Of a stretch of 64,000 nucleotides of DNA, positions 45,721-55,841 are shown one piece after another. Position 1 is the stretch's first letter, and each line of letters opens with the position of its first letter. Source of the stretch: an uncultured virus (IMG/VR IMGVR_UViG_3300031851_000008) (Duplodnaviria > Heunggongvirae > Uroviricota > Caudoviricetes); the IMG/VR virus record IMGVR_UViG_3300031851_000008; one strand, written 5' to 3'. The notes under the pieces are model-generated. The model saw only the letters and a program-made list of their open reading frames with translations. It was not told where the DNA came from and did no database searches. Both the position numbers and the translations under genes were made by a program.

Positions 45721-48393
45721 GTGGCAGTTAATACCCAAAAGTTTTTACCTTCTTCAGGTGGAGCTATAGTTAAAGGTGCTATTCCAAAAAGTTCATTGGT
45801 TCCATACTCTCCGCAAGGAAAGTTTGCGATGCCAGAGGTTGTGGGTGACAAAACAGAGGAGAAACTTAAGAGTACTCTAGAAGGTGATGTTGATGCAATT
45901 CGTACATCTACTACAAAAATTAAGGCAGTTCTGAGAAAGAGTGTAAAAATAGATTTAAAACAATTTAGAGATAATCGTAAAAAGAAGGAAAAAACTAAAC
46001 GAGCTGGTAGAGAAGATGCCCTAGAGAAGGGTGAAGATAAGAAAGGGAAGAAGAAGTTGGGTATATCTATGCCCAAAGTGCCATTCTTTACTAGAGTTAA
46101 AAACTTTTTAGGTTCTATATTTTTAGGATGGTTGACGTTTAGGTTAATTAAGTTTGCCCCACAATTTTCTGCATTTCTTGAGAGAATAAAACCGATTGCT
46201 ACTTGGATTGAAGGATTTGTAGGTGATGTCTTCAATGGATTTGTTGGATTTATTGATGGTGCTTATGATATTAAAAAGAAAGCAGAAGATAAGGTTGAGG
46301 AATTATTTGGTGATGAAGGTCTTAAAAAGTTTAAGGAGTTCCAGGGAACATTTACAAAGTTCATGAACCTTGCCATCATCGCTGCGATGTTGAGCACTGG
46401 TGGAAGTGATTTAGGTCTTGGTAGAAGACGTGGAGGTCCTGGTGGTAGAAATCAAACAGGCATACAAGGTATGCGTAATCAAGCAGGTAGAGTCACAAGA
46501 GGTGGCACTACTGCTTCTGCTGCTAGAAGATTTGCTGATAGGCATGGAAGAGACGCTGCAATAAAAAGATTTGGACCAAAGGCAGTTCAAAGTTTGGGTG
46601 GCAGGTATGCCAGATCTGGTGCTACTAATGTTGCTAGAAGAGCTGCAGTAGCTGTTCTTGGTAGAGGTGGTACAAGGTCAGCATTGGGAATCCTTAAAAA
46701 CTTCATCAGTCCAGTTGTTAAGAGAATACCCATCATTGGTGGACTGATTGATTTTGCTTTAAATTATTTTGTATTTAAAGAACCTCTTGGTAGATCTGCG
46801 TTTGCTGCTATTGGTAGTACTATTCTTGGTGCTCTCGGTGCAACGGCAGGATCAGTCATTCCTGTTGCAGGAAACTTTGTTGGTGCTGCTTTAGGTGGTC
46901 TTGCAGGTGATGCCGCAGGAAAGTGGTTATATGATACATTCTTTGATAAGAAAAAACCTGTCGATATTCCTGAAGGAACTGAAGGGAGAGAGCGAGGAGG
47001 TGAAATTGGAAAATCGCAAAGTGATGCAAAGAAGTTAGAAAAAGAAAGAGAACGGGATAATCAGAGACGAGTAAACAAATTCAGATTAACTCCTAATCCT
47101 AAAGTTAGCAAAGAACCTGAAGCAACTAAGAAGAACTTATTTGAAAGAGTCTTTGGAAATTTGAAGAAGAAGGGTGGTGCTTTTGAATTTTTAACAAAAG
47201 CTAGGCAAAAAATATCTGATGGCAGAACCACAATGATATCCAAGATTATGAGTCTTGGTATCGATATTCTGAGTGGAAAAACAGTATCCAATAAAACCAT
47301 ACAGGATATTGCTAAGAATATGGTGAATTTCTTTGATGCTGCACTGCCAGCACCAATGACAATGTTGAGACAAATCATTCAAAAGTTCTCTAAAGGTGGA
47401 CTTGTGGATGGTTATTCACCTATTGAGAGAGACAGAAGAGTTAAAGATACCGTTAAACAACTTAAAGCAGGATTTGCTCGCGATATTATTGAGAAGCAGC
47501 AGCAAATTTTTGGAACACTTAAGAGATCATCTATCGCTGCTGGAATTAGAGATGGTCAAAGGGATACTGCTAATGATTTATCTCTTCGTAGTGGAGGTTC
47601 CAGAATGCCGACTAAGGCAGGACAAACTATTGCCGCAGATGATAAACTCATAGCACTTACAGGAGATTCTGGAAGTGTTAGTTATGGTGGATCTGCAAAT
47701 AAAAAATTAGATATTTCTTATAGTCCTTTTGCCAAATCTGATATTGACGCACAAAAAGCCTTGGGAGGCATTGTAATTACTTCTGGCAAGGGACAGAGAG
47801 GTGGTAGACCTCATAATGGGTATGATATTGGTGCATCCTTCGACACACCAATGTATGCATATCTAGATGGTGAAGTTACTCACACCAACACTAATCTTGG
47901 TGGAATTAATGATGGTTCTTATGGATATTGGATTGTGTGGAAAGATGCTGTGCATGGTGCGTATCACTTCTTTGGGCACTTAAATAGACCACCTGGATTA
48001 AAACCAGGAGATAAATTTAAGGCAGGTGCATTACTTGCAAATGTTGGTGGATCTGGTGATGGTAGTCTAACAAAGTATGACCCTCATTTACATTGGGAGA
48101 TATCTAAATCTGCACCTGCTGCAAACGGTCAGTTCACTAGTTACGTAGATCCTGGTAACTGGGTAAATACATATGGTGTAGAACCACCAAAAGTGGCAAT
48201 AAATCCTGTTCGACGCACTAATAATGCGGAAGGAATTGAAACTGAGGCAGAATATGAGAAAAAAGGAACAGAAATTGTAATAGTTCGGAATGAAACTGTT
48301 CGCGTTAGAACTATCACACAACATACTGCTAGCGCCCCAAATATCCCAAACAGACCATCTAAAACTGTAATCCCAACCACTGCAATAGGATAA
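45721..48393 (+). CDS. Tape measure / hub-like protein with C-terminal M23 peptidase
   Basis: Helical Gly/Ala-rich core; HNGYD, YG.W, GHL and HLHWE Zn-peptidase motifs. Confidence 0.7.
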   Translation: MAVNTQKFLPSSGGAIVKGAIPKSSLVPYSPQGKFAMPEVVGDKTEEKLKSTLEGDVDAIRTSTTKIKAVLRKSVKIDLKQFRDNRKKKEKTKRAGREDALEKGEDKKGKKKLGISMPKVPFFTRVKNFLGSIFLGWLTFRLIKFAPQFSAFLERIKPIATWIEGFVGDVFNGFVGFIDGAYDIKKKAEDKVEELFGDEGLKKFKEFQGTFTKFMNLAIIAAMLSTGGSDLGLGRRRGGPGGRNQTGIQGMRNQAGRVTRGGTTASAARRFADRHGRDAAIKRFGPKAVQSLGGRYARSGATNVARRAAVAVLGRGGTRSALGILKNFISPVVKRIPIIGGLIDFALNYFVFKEPLGRSAFAAIGSTILGALGATAGSVIPVAGNFVGAALGGLAGDAAGKWLYDTFFDKKKPVDIPEGTEGRERGGEIGKSQSDAKKLEKERERDNQRRVNKFRLTPNPKVSKEPEATKKNLFERVFGNLKKKGGAFEFLTKARQKISDGRTTMISKIMSLGIDILSGKTVSNKTIQDIAKNMVNFFDAALPAPMTMLRQIIQKFSKGGLVDGYSPIERDRRVKDTVKQLKAGFARDIIEKQQQIFGTLKRSSIAAGIRDGQRDTANDLSLRSGGSRMPTKAGQTIAADDKLIALTGDSGSVSYGGSANKKLDISYSPFAKSDIDAQKALGGIVITSGKGQRGGRPHNGYDIGASFDTPMYAYLDGEVTHTNTNLGGINDGSYGYWIVWKDAVHGAYHFFGHLNRPPGLKPGDKFKAGALLANVGGSGDGSLTKYDPHLHWEISKSAPAANGQFTSYVDPGNWVNTYGVEPPKVAINPVRRTNNAEGIETEAEYEKKGTEIVIVRNETVRVRTITQHTASAPNIPNRPSKTVIPTTAIG

Positions 48394-49997
48394 TGGCATC
48401 ACCACTACAATGTGCCGAATCAGGCAATATCTTAGAATTTGTAATATTTTCAAATAAGACAGGGCGTTCTGCTGATGTTGGTCCTGGTGTTATTTCTTTA
48501 AGTTATTATGAGAGTATTCTTGATGGATCAGTTCGTTTTGTTGCTGTAATTGTTGATTCTGGTAGTAGTGATAAGGGTGGGGAGGCAATCACAGTATTAC
48601 AGGAATTAAAACTTGAGGGTTCTGAAAAGTGCCACATTACTGTTTCGGATAATCAAAGCAATAGGTTGAAATTTGCAGATGATAATGCAATGTATATTAG
48701 AGAGATTAGGAATATTGTATCTTCTTCAGAGAGCACCATATACACGTTGGAATTGATGAATAAAGAGTTGATAGCAAATGATTTACTATCAACAGAGGTT
48801 TATCGTAGATTTGATGGTGAGATTAGTCAATCTGCAGAGATTGTATTGAAGGAGATATTGAAAACAACCAAATCTGTTATAGTTGATGCTACAGCAAATA
48901 ATTATAATTTTATTGGTGAAGGTAAAAAACCATTTAGATTACTTGCAGAGATTGCTACAAAAGGGGTATCTCAAGCATCTAAACAGTCTGCAGGATATTT
49001 GATATTTGAAACATATGAAGGATATAATTTTAGATCAATTGACAATCTCTTTGAAGATGATGCTGGACATAAGTCCTATATCTACAATAGTAGTACAAAA
49101 TTGCCTAATGGATATGATGGTAAAATTCTTAGATATGATGCTGATACTACAATAGATGTTGAGAAGAATTTAGCAACTGGAATATATGGTTCTAGGATGG
49201 AAACTATTAATACTTACAGTCATATATTTAATACAAAAGCACAGGAAGTTGATACTGAAGAGCAAAAAATACATGGTGGTTTGTTATTGCCAACTCTATC
49301 AAAAGAGTTTAATGAAGAATTTGCAACTGATGGTGCTTTATTATCCAGAAGATTTACAAAAATTGATTCTGTAGGCGAGTTACCAGAGGGCAGTGTAACT
49401 GAGCAGATTGAAAAGAAGACAGATCAGAATTTGGTATTGGAAGAAGTCGTCGTTCAATCATCGATGACATATAATAAATTATTCACAATGAGTATGAAGA
49501 TTACTATTACTGGAGATTACTCTTTGAGAGCTGGGGATGTTATTCATTGTGATTTCCCAGAGCAGAGTTCAAAAAAGGAGGGTGGTATTGATAAAGAACT
49601 TAGCGGTAAATTTATGATTGCAGATATATGTACACAGTTGACATCAAAGACTATCTTTACTAGAATTCATCTTGTAAGGGATTCGTTTGGAAGACAGGCA
49701 AATAGTAGTGTTGGAGCACAGGGAGGAACATCTCTTGCTAATGCCAATAAAGGTAACTTTACTAATGGTAATCGATCACTTCCAGGCACTGGAAGAGTAA
49801 ATCCCTTCGATTCTAGTTCTCTATTCAGTGATCTTAATCTAAATCAAGGATTGTTTGACACGATAAATGATTTAAATAGTAATCAAACTAGAGATAAATC
49901 GGGTAGAACTAAAGATAAAACTAGAATTAATGCTAATTTAGATGATAATCAGTCAGGAAACTCCGATTTTAATGCTGATGAATATCTGGGCTTGTGA
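48393..49997 (+). CDS. Baseplate hub protein (gp27-like)
   Basis: YYESI, FET..GYNF.SID.L, I.GD..L.AGD.I, LSGK..I; located before g5. Confidence 0.6.
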   Translation: MASPLQCAESGNILEFVIFSNKTGRSADVGPGVISLSYYESILDGSVRFVAVIVDSGSSDKGGEAITVLQELKLEGSEKCHITVSDNQSNRLKFADDNAMYIREIRNIVSSSESTIYTLELMNKELIANDLLSTEVYRRFDGEISQSAEIVLKEILKTTKSVIVDATANNYNFIGEGKKPFRLLAEIATKGVSQASKQSAGYLIFETYEGYNFRSIDNLFEDDAGHKSYIYNSSTKLPNGYDGKILRYDADTTIDVEKNLATGIYGSRMETINTYSHIFNTKAQEVDTEEQKIHGGLLLPTLSKEFNEEFATDGALLSRRFTKIDSVGELPEGSVTEQIEKKTDQNLVLEEVVVQSSMTYNKLFTMSMKITITGDYSLRAGDVIHCDFPEQSSKKEGGIDKELSGKFMIADICTQLTSKTIFTRIHLVRDSFGRQANSSVGAQGGTSLANANKGNFTNGNRSLPGTGRVNPFDSSSLFSDLNLNQGLFDTINDLNSNQTRDKSGRTKDKTRINANLDDNQSGNSDFNADEYLGL

Positions 49998-50010
49998 TTA
50001 AAATAACCTC

Positions 50011-50017
50011 ATAAATA
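50011..50017 (+). promoter_or_regulatory. Late promoter (ATAAATA)
   Basis: Upstream of cp12 and g5. Confidence 0.6.
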
Positions 50018-50038
50018 TATAAGAAAACATATTAGTCT

Positions 50039-50266
50039 ATGGAAAGCATAGAAACCCATATTGCCAAGGATAAAGAAATCCTTGACAATGCTACTACATC
50101 TCCACAACAACGTCGTCACATTGAAGGCGAATTGCATGAATTGGAAGATTATGCTGAGCATCACAAGCAAGAGATTGAAGCAGGAGATCATCATGATCCC
50201 TCTCCTTTAGAGCTTTATTGTGATCAACATCCCTCAGAACCTGAGTGTTTAATTTACGAAGATTGA
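50039..50266 (+). CDS. cp12: CP12 Calvin-cycle inhibitor
   Basis: C-terminal PLELYCDQHPSEPECLIYED; lacks the N-terminal Cys pair. Confidence 0.9.
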   Translation: MESIETHIAKDKEILDNATTSPQQRRHIEGELHELEDYAEHHKQEIEAGDHHDPSPLELYCDQHPSEPECLIYED

Positions 50267-50274
50267 GATAGTAT

Positions 50275-53187
50275 ATGAGTAGCTGGACTTTAGGATCAAA
50301 TTATTTCGACGCTGGCACACCATGGAACTTTTGGGAAGGGATCGTTGCGCCTAGAGAAGTTTGGGAAAGGGATGAAGAACAAGTTGCTGAACGGGGGGAT
50401 TTACTCAACTGGGGTTACCGCGTAAAAGTTAGAATTCAAGGAGTTCACCCAGCAGATAAAACCATCCTCCCAGATGATCAATTACCTTGGGTCCGTATTA
50501 GTGGAACTAATACTGGTAGTGGACATAAAAGAACTGGTCTAAGTATCGGAGTTACACAGGGAAGTAGAGTTTTTGGTATTTGGGGAAATCCCCAAAAGAA
50601 AGAAGATCCAATACAACTTGGAACATATCCAAATACTGATCAATTATTATTGCCCAAAGAACAACCACCAAATAATGGATTTCTTCCTTTTAGTGGAATT
50701 AAAACTTCTGATTTAGTTGCGGGATATTCTATTCCTGCTAAGGCGGGGAAACCCCTTGAGGGATTGTTCTATCCTAACATGCTAACACTATCAGATATTG
50801 CGATGATGCAGGAACCTGCGTTCCCTGTGGCATCGCCTACTGATTGTGATAAAGCCCCAATGAACTCCATTCAAAAATCAATGACGGAGTTGATTCAGAA
50901 AATTGAGAGGGCGCAAAATCAACTTAATATATGGGAAGATGCTGCACAAGGTTGGATCTCAGAAAAACAGGAGTGGATTCAGGAAAAGATTAGTGAAGCG
51001 TCCAATTTTATTGCTCTTGGTTTAAAAGACCTATTTAAAAACATACGTAAGTTTGTTGTAGAGAAACTCAACGAAGAAACTAAAAAACTTTACGAACTAC
51101 TTAACCCACCAGATAGAGATAAAGCAAAAGTTGCGAAAGATGCTCTTGTTGAATTGATTGTTTGTCTTTTCAACAAAATGATTGGTAATTTGAAATCTCT
51201 GGCGGGTAATTTTTTAAGTCAGATGATGGATCGCTATATTAATGTTCCAGCATGTGCAGTTCAAAATTTTGTTGGAGCACTTCTTGGTAATCTTCTTGGG
51301 GGTTTATCTGGTGCTATTGATTCTTTAGTCGGTAAACTATCTGGTTTGATTGGTGGTGCTTTTAGTCTTGTTGGCAGTATCTTAGGTATTTTGACAGGTA
51401 TTGCTGGATTTCTTGCTTGTGAAGAAAATCAAGAGTGTCCTGACGCAAAAGAGTGGAGTATATTTGACGGTGCTAAACCACCAGCAAGTTTTGATCTTGA
51501 TGGTATTATCAACCAGGCAAAGGATCTTGCGAAGAACACTGCTGATTTAGTTGATATTGATAATCTTGGATTGATGGATTTTGGTGATCTAATTAATGGT
51601 GCGATTAATTCTGCAAATCAGTGTAATGTTGGACCATTATTCTGTGGTCCTCCTAAAATTACTTTTTGGGGTGCTGGTGGCAGCGGCGCAAGTGGAAATG
51701 TAATTACTAGTGCAGTAGGTGATATTTTAGGTATTGATTTAAAGGCACAGGGTTTAGGATATAGAAAAGCACCTTTTGTGGATATTAGTGATTCTTGTGG
51801 GAAGGGATCAGGAGTAAGAGCACATGCTGAAGTAGAACGAGATGGAAATACTGATCCAGAAACTAATCAACCAACATATAGAGTAGTTAGAGTAATTATT
51901 GATGATCCAGGTGATGGATTCATTCCAAGACCAGATGGTGACATGGGTGGAGATGGTAGAGTATGGGCACCTAAAGATTGGACAGTAATAAAAAGACCAG
52001 ATGGAAGATGGCAGAAATTTCCTCCTGGAACATCTGAAGATGATCTTGATGTTCCAGTACCTGGAACAGAAGATCCAGATCAACCACGGACAATTGTAAT
52101 TAGACCAGACGATAAACCGTATATTGGTGATTATGTTAAACCAGAAGTAGGTCCAGGCGGTCTCCCTACACCCAGAGATCCAAATAAAGATGGAGATGGT
52201 ACTGGTAGGGATATTTCTGACAAACTTCCAGAGACAATAGATGATCGTAAAAAAAGAATTACTGGAATAACTAAAATTCCTGGAACAGGACCAAATGGAG
52301 AAACTATATTTGATACATATCCAACCTTGGATGTTGGTAGTTATCCTGTAATATTATACCTTTGTGATATTAATATTGAAGGTGCTGGAATTAATTATTC
52401 TTACGAAGATAAGATTATTATCGAACCTAATCGAGGTGCAGAGGTTGTTCCTTTATGGGGTCCTTTTGGAGTATTAGATGGTGTCAAAATTGTTAAGAGT
52501 GGTAAAGGATTTGTTGAAAGACCTAGAATTTACATTCAGTCTGATACTGGGTATAATGCAGAATTGACACCAGTTTTCTGTGTTGATAGACTCAGTGATG
52601 ATACCGAAGGCAATCCATCAGATTCAAGAGATCTCATTCAAAATGTAATTGATGTTGTTGATTGTGTTGGTAGTGTTGATTCTAGAGACTTTATTGGATA
52701 TGTTAATGGAAAACCATACTATGGAGACTTCCATATGCATATGGGTCGTAAGATGACTGGTAGGAGTCATAGATCTTACGAGGGAAGACCACATCCATTC
52801 ATATATGACACTGTTGGTGAAAGTATTCAAAATTATGATAATAGATTTGGATGGGATGGAAGTTTCCTGAGAATGGTAACTTCTGGAGCACCAGATACTC
52901 GAACTGTTGATCAAGGATCTTCTACTTCCAGTGTATCTTCTGTTGATTCTTCTAGTGGAATATCAATTTCTGGAGGAAATGCTGAAGATGATAATAATAT
53001 GGAAAATAATATGGCAGTTCAACCAGCATCTGCACCTCCATCAGCAGCACCTCCTCCAGCGTCTGCACCTCCATCAGCAGCACCACCAGCAGCACCACCG
53101 TCTGCCCCACCAGCGGCACCTCCTGCCGCTCCACCGTCTAGTCCACCACCTTCATCTCCACCATCTGGTGGCGGATATGGATATTAA
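50275..53187 (+). CDS. g5: Baseplate hub subunit gp5-like
   Basis: OB-fold RVKVRI.G.H......LPD..LPW, G..V.G.W; no lysozyme domain evident. Confidence 0.8.
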   Translation: MSSWTLGSNYFDAGTPWNFWEGIVAPREVWERDEEQVAERGDLLNWGYRVKVRIQGVHPADKTILPDDQLPWVRISGTNTGSGHKRTGLSIGVTQGSRVFGIWGNPQKKEDPIQLGTYPNTDQLLLPKEQPPNNGFLPFSGIKTSDLVAGYSIPAKAGKPLEGLFYPNMLTLSDIAMMQEPAFPVASPTDCDKAPMNSIQKSMTELIQKIERAQNQLNIWEDAAQGWISEKQEWIQEKISEASNFIALGLKDLFKNIRKFVVEKLNEETKKLYELLNPPDRDKAKVAKDALVELIVCLFNKMIGNLKSLAGNFLSQMMDRYINVPACAVQNFVGALLGNLLGGLSGAIDSLVGKLSGLIGGAFSLVGSILGILTGIAGFLACEENQECPDAKEWSIFDGAKPPASFDLDGIINQAKDLAKNTADLVDIDNLGLMDFGDLINGAINSANQCNVGPLFCGPPKITFWGAGGSGASGNVITSAVGDILGIDLKAQGLGYRKAPFVDISDSCGKGSGVRAHAEVERDGNTDPETNQPTYRVVRVIIDDPGDGFIPRPDGDMGGDGRVWAPKDWTVIKRPDGRWQKFPPGTSEDDLDVPVPGTEDPDQPRTIVIRPDDKPYIGDYVKPEVGPGGLPTPRDPNKDGDGTGRDISDKLPETIDDRKKRITGITKIPGTGPNGETIFDTYPTLDVGSYPVILYLCDINIEGAGINYSYEDKIIIEPNRGAEVVPLWGPFGVLDGVKIVKSGKGFVERPRIYIQSDTGYNAELTPVFCVDRLSDDTEGNPSDSRDLIQNVIDVVDCVGSVDSRDFIGYVNGKPYYGDFHMHMGRKMTGRSHRSYEGRPHPFIYDTVGESIQNYDNRFGWDGSFLRMVTSGAPDTRTVDQGSSTSSVSSVDSSSGISISGGNAEDDNNMENNMAVQPASAPPSAAPPPASAPPSAAPPAAPPSAPPAAPPAAPPSSPPPSSPPSGGGYGY
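53021..53172 (+). repeat. Pro/Ala/Ser low-complexity tandem repeat
   Basis: PASAPPSAAPP twice, then PAAPP/SSPP units; near-identical DNA units. Confidence 0.85.
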
Positions 53188-53198
53188 TTTAGTACCTC

Positions 53199-53786
53199 AT
53201 GGCACGTCCAAGAATACATAATCCAATAGAATTGAGTAATGACTACGGTCATATTAAATTCGGACATATCCTACCCAATAACACTTATGCTGGTGTTTTG
53301 GTTAGGAATGGTGACCCAATGAGACCATCTGAACACTATATGGCGTTCATGTCTTCTGGGAAAATGAAGGGAGGAACTATCAACAGATGTCCTGGTGTAT
53401 ATCAAATACATTGTGGTGAAAAACCAGTAGAAGATACATCTTTTGTACTAAATGCTGCTCTGGGTGATATAATTCTTAGAGCACCTAATGGTAGAATTAG
53501 GATGGATGCTAGAAATGTTGACATAAAGGCAACTGGGAACGATAATAAGAGTGGTATAATTAACATTGAATCTAACGAAAAAATTATTGTTCGCAGTAAG
53601 AACGTTGAGATTAATGGTGATGCTGTTGCTAAATTCCTGTCTTCAGGAACATGCGAAATAGTTGGTAATAGCGCATTGAATTTTTTTGGTGGATTAATTG
53701 ATTGTGCCGATGCATCAACAACATTATTACCGTCTAAAGGAACATCTGCATTTGAAACTCAACAACGAGGGGGAGGATTTATTTAA
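53199..53786 (+). CDS. Putative spike / gp5 C-terminal-like beta-helix protein
   Basis: GDI.L.A.NGRI...A.N.DI.A alternating beta pattern, directly after g5. Confidence 0.5.
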   Translation: MARPRIHNPIELSNDYGHIKFGHILPNNTYAGVLVRNGDPMRPSEHYMAFMSSGKMKGGTINRCPGVYQIHCGEKPVEDTSFVLNAALGDIILRAPNGRIRMDARNVDIKATGNDNKSGIINIESNEKIIVRSKNVEINGDAVAKFLSSGTCEIVGNSALNFFGGLIDCADASTTLLPSKGTSAFETQQRGGGFI

Positions 53787-54556
53787 TGAAAGTACCAGAT
53801 TTAGAAGTTAAAAAGACTTTATATGTTGGAGCGGGAGATCCTAGTTTGCCTCTTGGCAAAGGACCACTTCAGATTAGAGGAGGTGCTTTTATAGAATCTC
53901 CAGCAGTCTTTGGTCAGATTCCACCATTTTTGTATGGTAATGTAAATATAGGACCAGCGATCAACCCAGATATTACAGTAGATCCTTTTATTCCTGGTGC
54001 CATGTGTACTGGGATCAATAATCCATATTCACTCGCTGTGGTTGGACCATCCGCGTTCTTGGGCATCTTGGATTGTAATGCCAACATTAACGCTGGAGGT
54101 AATATCACTGCTCAAGGTGAGGTTATGTCTCGTTGTGGGGTTCATATTCTCTCAGCGAAGAAGAATTTTGATATTCCTCACCCAACAAAGGAAGGTTGGA
54201 GATTACGTCATACCTGTCCAGAAGGACCAACAAATGATGTATACATAAGAGGTAAATTGAGGAATGGTAATGTAATTGATTTTCCAGAGTATTGGAGAGA
54301 ATTGGTAGATCCTGATTCAATTACAGTATCTATTACTCCAGTTGGAACTCATCAAGACATTATAGTTCATAAAATTGAAGACAATAAAGTTTTTCTTCAC
54401 TCTTCTAGACCTATTAACTGCCACTATCATGTTTATGGTGAGCGAGTAGATGGTGAGAGATTAATTCCAGAATACGAAGGTACAACTCCCGCAGATTATC
54501 CAGGTAATAATGATGAATACTCTGTATCTGGATACCATTATGATACGAAGAGGTAA
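53786..54556 (+). CDS. Virion protein with K.FDI.HP...EGP domain, paralog 1
   Basis: KKNFDIPHPTK...RLRHTCPEGP...I.FPEYW..LVD...DYPG.N.EY. Confidence 0.6.
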   Translation: MKVPDLEVKKTLYVGAGDPSLPLGKGPLQIRGGAFIESPAVFGQIPPFLYGNVNIGPAINPDITVDPFIPGAMCTGINNPYSLAVVGPSAFLGILDCNANINAGGNITAQGEVMSRCGVHILSAKKNFDIPHPTKEGWRLRHTCPEGPTNDVYIRGKLRNGNVIDFPEYWRELVDPDSITVSITPVGTHQDIIVHKIEDNKVFLHSSRPINCHYHVYGERVDGERLIPEYEGTTPADYPGNNDEYSVSGYHYDTKR

Positions 54557-54558
54557 TT

Positions 54559-55167
54559 ATGTCTGAATTTGTAGTAGAACAAAACGGCAGTCCTGCTTGT
54601 GATGGCAAGTGGAGTGGTGCTCCTACGGGAGATTGGAGATTCCCCATCTATCCATGGACAGGAGATAATGAATATCCGCCCGATGCATGTCCACTCAGGA
54701 GACATGACTTTGTACAATGCACAGATTTAAAATGGGCAGGTGGCATATTGTCAGTTAAAGCACCCATTTGGGATGCTAAAAAATCTTTTGATATCTCGCA
54801 CCCAACTAAAGATGGTCATAGACTTAGATATATTTGTCTTGAAGGACCAGATGCAGAGGTATATTTTAGAGGTAAACTCGTAAACGAATCTTACATTCAA
54901 CTTCCAGATTACTGGAAAGATCTTGTTGATATGGAGAGTTTAGGTATTACTTTAACTCCCAACGGTCATTGGCAAGAACTGTTTGTTGAAAAAATTGAAT
55001 GGGGATCTAGAGTTGTAATTAAAAATAACGCAGGATCAGCAATTAACTGTGACTTCATGGTTCATGGTGTTCGTAAGGATGTTACAAAAAATATTCCTGA
55101 ATATCAGGGGTTGACAGCAATGGACTATCCAGGCGATAATAGGGAATATAATATCAACGGCAAATGA
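54559..55167 (+). CDS. Virion protein with K.FDI.HP...EGP domain, paralog 2
   Basis: KKSFDISHPTK...RLRYICLEGP...LPDYW..LVD...DYPG.N.EY. Confidence 0.6.
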   Translation: MSEFVVEQNGSPACDGKWSGAPTGDWRFPIYPWTGDNEYPPDACPLRRHDFVQCTDLKWAGGILSVKAPIWDAKKSFDISHPTKDGHRLRYICLEGPDAEVYFRGKLVNESYIQLPDYWKDLVDMESLGITLTPNGHWQELFVEKIEWGSRVVIKNNAGSAINCDFMVHGVRKDVTKNIPEYQGLTAMDYPGDNREYNINGK

Positions 55168-55841
55168 CCTACAAGGTACATGAAGCATTCCCTTTGATGG
55201 TTTATCAGGGGGAAGTCGAGTGTCACGATACAATCAAAGAGCATCTTGACGAACTTCGTGACTATTGGTTTGATGGGTATGAGAATGAGAGTCCAGAATA
55301 TTCTGGTAGAATCTTTGCTCATCAAAAAGAATGTTGCAAACCCTTCTTTAAGGAACTAAGAACTCATATTGATAATTACTTTGATTGCTTGATTGTTGAT
55401 CATTCAAAGTTGGATTATCACATTATTAAGTCATGGGTTGGATATCATAAGGATAATGAGACACCCTCAGTCAAACCTCATAATCATAATGCTTCTGATT
55501 TGAGTTTTGTATATTATTTGAATACTGATGAGACTTCAGATAAATTCTGTGTTGCTCAGGAGAATAATGCCAATGAGTGTGTTGGGGATTTATTTACTAC
55601 AGCGATTCAGAGAAATCTGATCGGTGGTTATAACAAATATAACTGTGATGTTTATACTATTACTCCTAAAGAGGGTACAGTAGTTATTTTTCCTAGTAAA
55701 GTCGGACACTTTACTCAACAGTTTGCTGATCGTAAAGGTGAGAGGATTGTTATACCTGGTGATGTTAGGGTTACTCTAAAACCTGAGAATCCAGATTACC
55801 ATCAAGGATCAACGCATCCTTCTCAGTGGCTGGAACTTTGA
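55164..55841 (+). CDS. Putative 2OG-Fe(II) oxygenase (TIGR02466-like)
   Basis: SW...PHNH...SFVYY...P.EG...IFPS...H...R. Confidence 0.7.
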   Translation: MTYKVHEAFPLMVYQGEVECHDTIKEHLDELRDYWFDGYENESPEYSGRIFAHQKECCKPFFKELRTHIDNYFDCLIVDHSKLDYHIIKSWVGYHKDNETPSVKPHNHNASDLSFVYYLNTDETSDKFCVAQENNANECVGDLFTTAIQRNLIGGYNKYNCDVYTITPKEGTVVIFPSKVGHFTQQFADRKGERIVIPGDVRVTLKPENPDYHQGSTHPSQWLEL

